This document shows, piece by piece, positions 18,126-19,419 of a DNA stretch of 19,419 nucleotides (position 1 is its first letter; each line of letters starts with the position of its first letter). The translations under genes were made by a program, and so were the position numbers. Below the pieces are notes generated by a model. The model searched no databases. It saw only the letters and a list, made by a program, of their open reading frames with translations, and was not told the origin of the DNA. Origin of the DNA: Deinococcales bacterium (GTDB lineage Bacteria; Deinococcota; Deinococci; Deinococcales; JAAFIG01); the NCBI GenBank assembly GCA_043778225.1, contig JAYWGM010000067.1, positions 1 through 19,419 on the forward strand. The letters run 5' to 3'.

Positions 18126-18536
18126 GTGGATTATTATGAAACTTGGGAGAAAAAACCCGAACCAAAACCAAAGCCAAGCGTTTATGTGCCGTGGTACGAA
18201 TGGATTCTTGTGCCTATTTTGGTGGCTGCGCTAGTGGCGGGTTTGGCAATGTTGGTTGACCCGTTAATGAACCAAAGGCGTTTGTATCCAGAATGGTTTA
18301 TGCCTGCACCACATGATGGCAAGGGTGATTTTATTTGGTCAACCATTAACCCGTGGGTTATTGCCACGTTTTTCATGGCGGCTTTTTATATTGCAGCTTT
18401 GGTTGGGGTGATTATTGCTTGGACTCGTTCGACTTGGTTTGCTTCTTTAATGTGGTTTGGATTATTTCTTTGTCCACCTGCTGAACCAAACACCAATTCA
18501 AATTTATTGTTTACGTCGGGTGCTAGTGGTTCATAG
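18126..18536 (+). CDS. Hypothetical membrane protein (about 3 TM), 3' end interrupted by IS982
   Basis: GAGGAG RBS (18115-18120) before GTG 18126. Hydrophobic helices. The last codons (TSGASGS*) are encoded by the IS end. Confidence 0.6.
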   Translation: MDYYETWEKKPEPKPKPSVYVPWYEWILVPILVAALVAGLAMLVDPLMNQRRLYPEWFMPAPHDGKGDFIWSTINPWVIATFFMAAFYIAALVGVIIAWTRSTWFASLMWFGLFLCPPAEPNTNSNLLFTSGASGS

Positions 18537-19419
18537 CCCTAACCACAACCGAAAATTATGCCCAGCAATTTTACGGCAAACACTCGCCCGAACCGACCAG
18601 AACGAGTTTAATTGATTCAAAACAAGGAACTGCCCTCGAGTTAGGCTCGAAAAAGCTGTCTCAATTAGCTTTCTAGCTGAGTCCATCAAACTGCACCAAG
18701 GCATTGGGTTTAATGCGTTTTTCTTAGGTGGCGTAAAAATACCGCAACCAACATACGCCTTATCCCCCAATACACGCTCTAAATCATCCTCATTATCATT
18801 GAGTAGCATTTGACAGACTTTTGGGTCAGCATGATTAGCAGGCACAATAGCGAACCGACAGAACATCATGGCATTGTTAATCACAGCGTGTAGCTTAAAA
18901 CCAAAGACAGCCCCCATCGTTCCATAGCCTTTAGCTGCTTCGGTCATGGCTCGAGGTTGAGAACGGCGTTTATAGCGACAAATAGGCAATGGTTTACTGT
19001 CCGTAGCATAGGTTGTGTCGTCTTGGGCTTGATTAGCTAAACAAAGTGCAAAATCAGCCCAGATACCCTCGAGATTACGAATAACACGATGGTAGCGTGT
19101 GACATCGGGTAAAATAGGAAATAAGTGTTTTAAGTAATACTTGACATAAATGAACCAATACTCGCTGTGTGGTTCTCGTAATATCTCACCAAGCAAGGCA
19201 ATCGTCATCAATTCTGAGTAACTGGCTTTTTGGTTGCTTGCCTTTGGCAGGGTAAACCGACCATTTGCCAGACTGACCTTGATATAGTCGTCTACTACTG
19301 TGTAAATAGCGGTGAATAGGTCTTCAATGGTATACTTTTCGAGGAGGCTACGGATTCTCATAGACTCGTATCCTCCACTATTTTTGGTTATTTGCCTACT
19401 TATCCACTAGCATCCGACG
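18513..19419 (-). mobile_element. IS982-family insertion sequence (~0.9 kb), reaching the window end
   Basis: Terminal inverted repeats CGTCGGGTGCTAGTGG (18514-18529) and CCACTAGCATCCGACG (19404-19419), 15/16 match, flanking a single transposase. Confidence 0.9.
18531..19361 (-). CDS. IS982-family DDE transposase
   Basis: IY..VDD, SE..TIAL, TDSKPLPIC, GFKLH, GDKAY and R..IET.FS.L (D, D, E). GGAGG RBS. Confidence 0.92.
   Translation of the reverse strand: MRIRSLLEKYTIEDLFTAIYTVVDDYIKVSLANGRFTLPKASNQKASYSELMTIALLGEILREPHSEYWFIYVKYYLKHLFPILPDVTRYHRVIRNLEGIWADFALCLANQAQDDTTYATDSKPLPICRYKRRSQPRAMTEAAKGYGTMGAVFGFKLHAVINNAMMFCRFAIVPANHADPKVCQMLLNDNEDDLERVLGDKAYVGCGIFTPPKKNALNPMPWCSLMDSARKLIETAFSSLTRGQFLVLNQLNSFWSVRASVCRKIAGHNFRLWLGL

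Noticed and set aside
16536..18536. oppC, the remnant and the membrane ORF share one frame with single stops (possible read-through fusion)
   Set aside because: OppC ends at its canonical DALDPR motif, the last ORF has its own RBS, and no recoding signal is visible. Likely coincidence.

Overview
Gene-dense chromosomal segment, most likely from a Deinococcota (Deinococcales-like) bacterium. The assignment rests on a CruF-type carotenoid hydratase, a eukaryote/archaeal-type ProRS, RapZ plus a membrane-anchored YvcK, and pervasive leaderless genes with a TANNNT box 5-9 nt before the start codon. GC is only about 50% by eye, low for this phylum. Gene order: structured repeats and a truncated HicA-like ORF; cruF; M20 deacylase / C-N hydrolase / PLP dehydratase operon; cupin and Gfo/Idh/MocA oxidoreductase (divergent); rapZ-yvcK; nif3; tdk; PSP1/RicT; murA; small RHH-like protein; lipoprotein; proS; hypothetical protein and YghO/bCerS-like GNAT; an oppB-oppC-type permease pair with large insertions; a surface-protein remnant; and a membrane-protein gene hit by an IS982-family element that runs to the window edge. 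The strongest unexplained signal is the palindrome CTCGAG: about 128 copies by manual count against about 5 expected, in all codon phases, and depleted in apparently foreign segments. This looks like a highly iterated palindrome (HIP)-like system. Other highlights are an 18-bp bidirectional leaderless promoter, octamer arrays ending in a shared CCTTAGACT -10 box, an SBHM-like domain inserted in OppB, and a ceramide-synthase-like acyltransferase. All family assignments come from motif recognition, not database searches.
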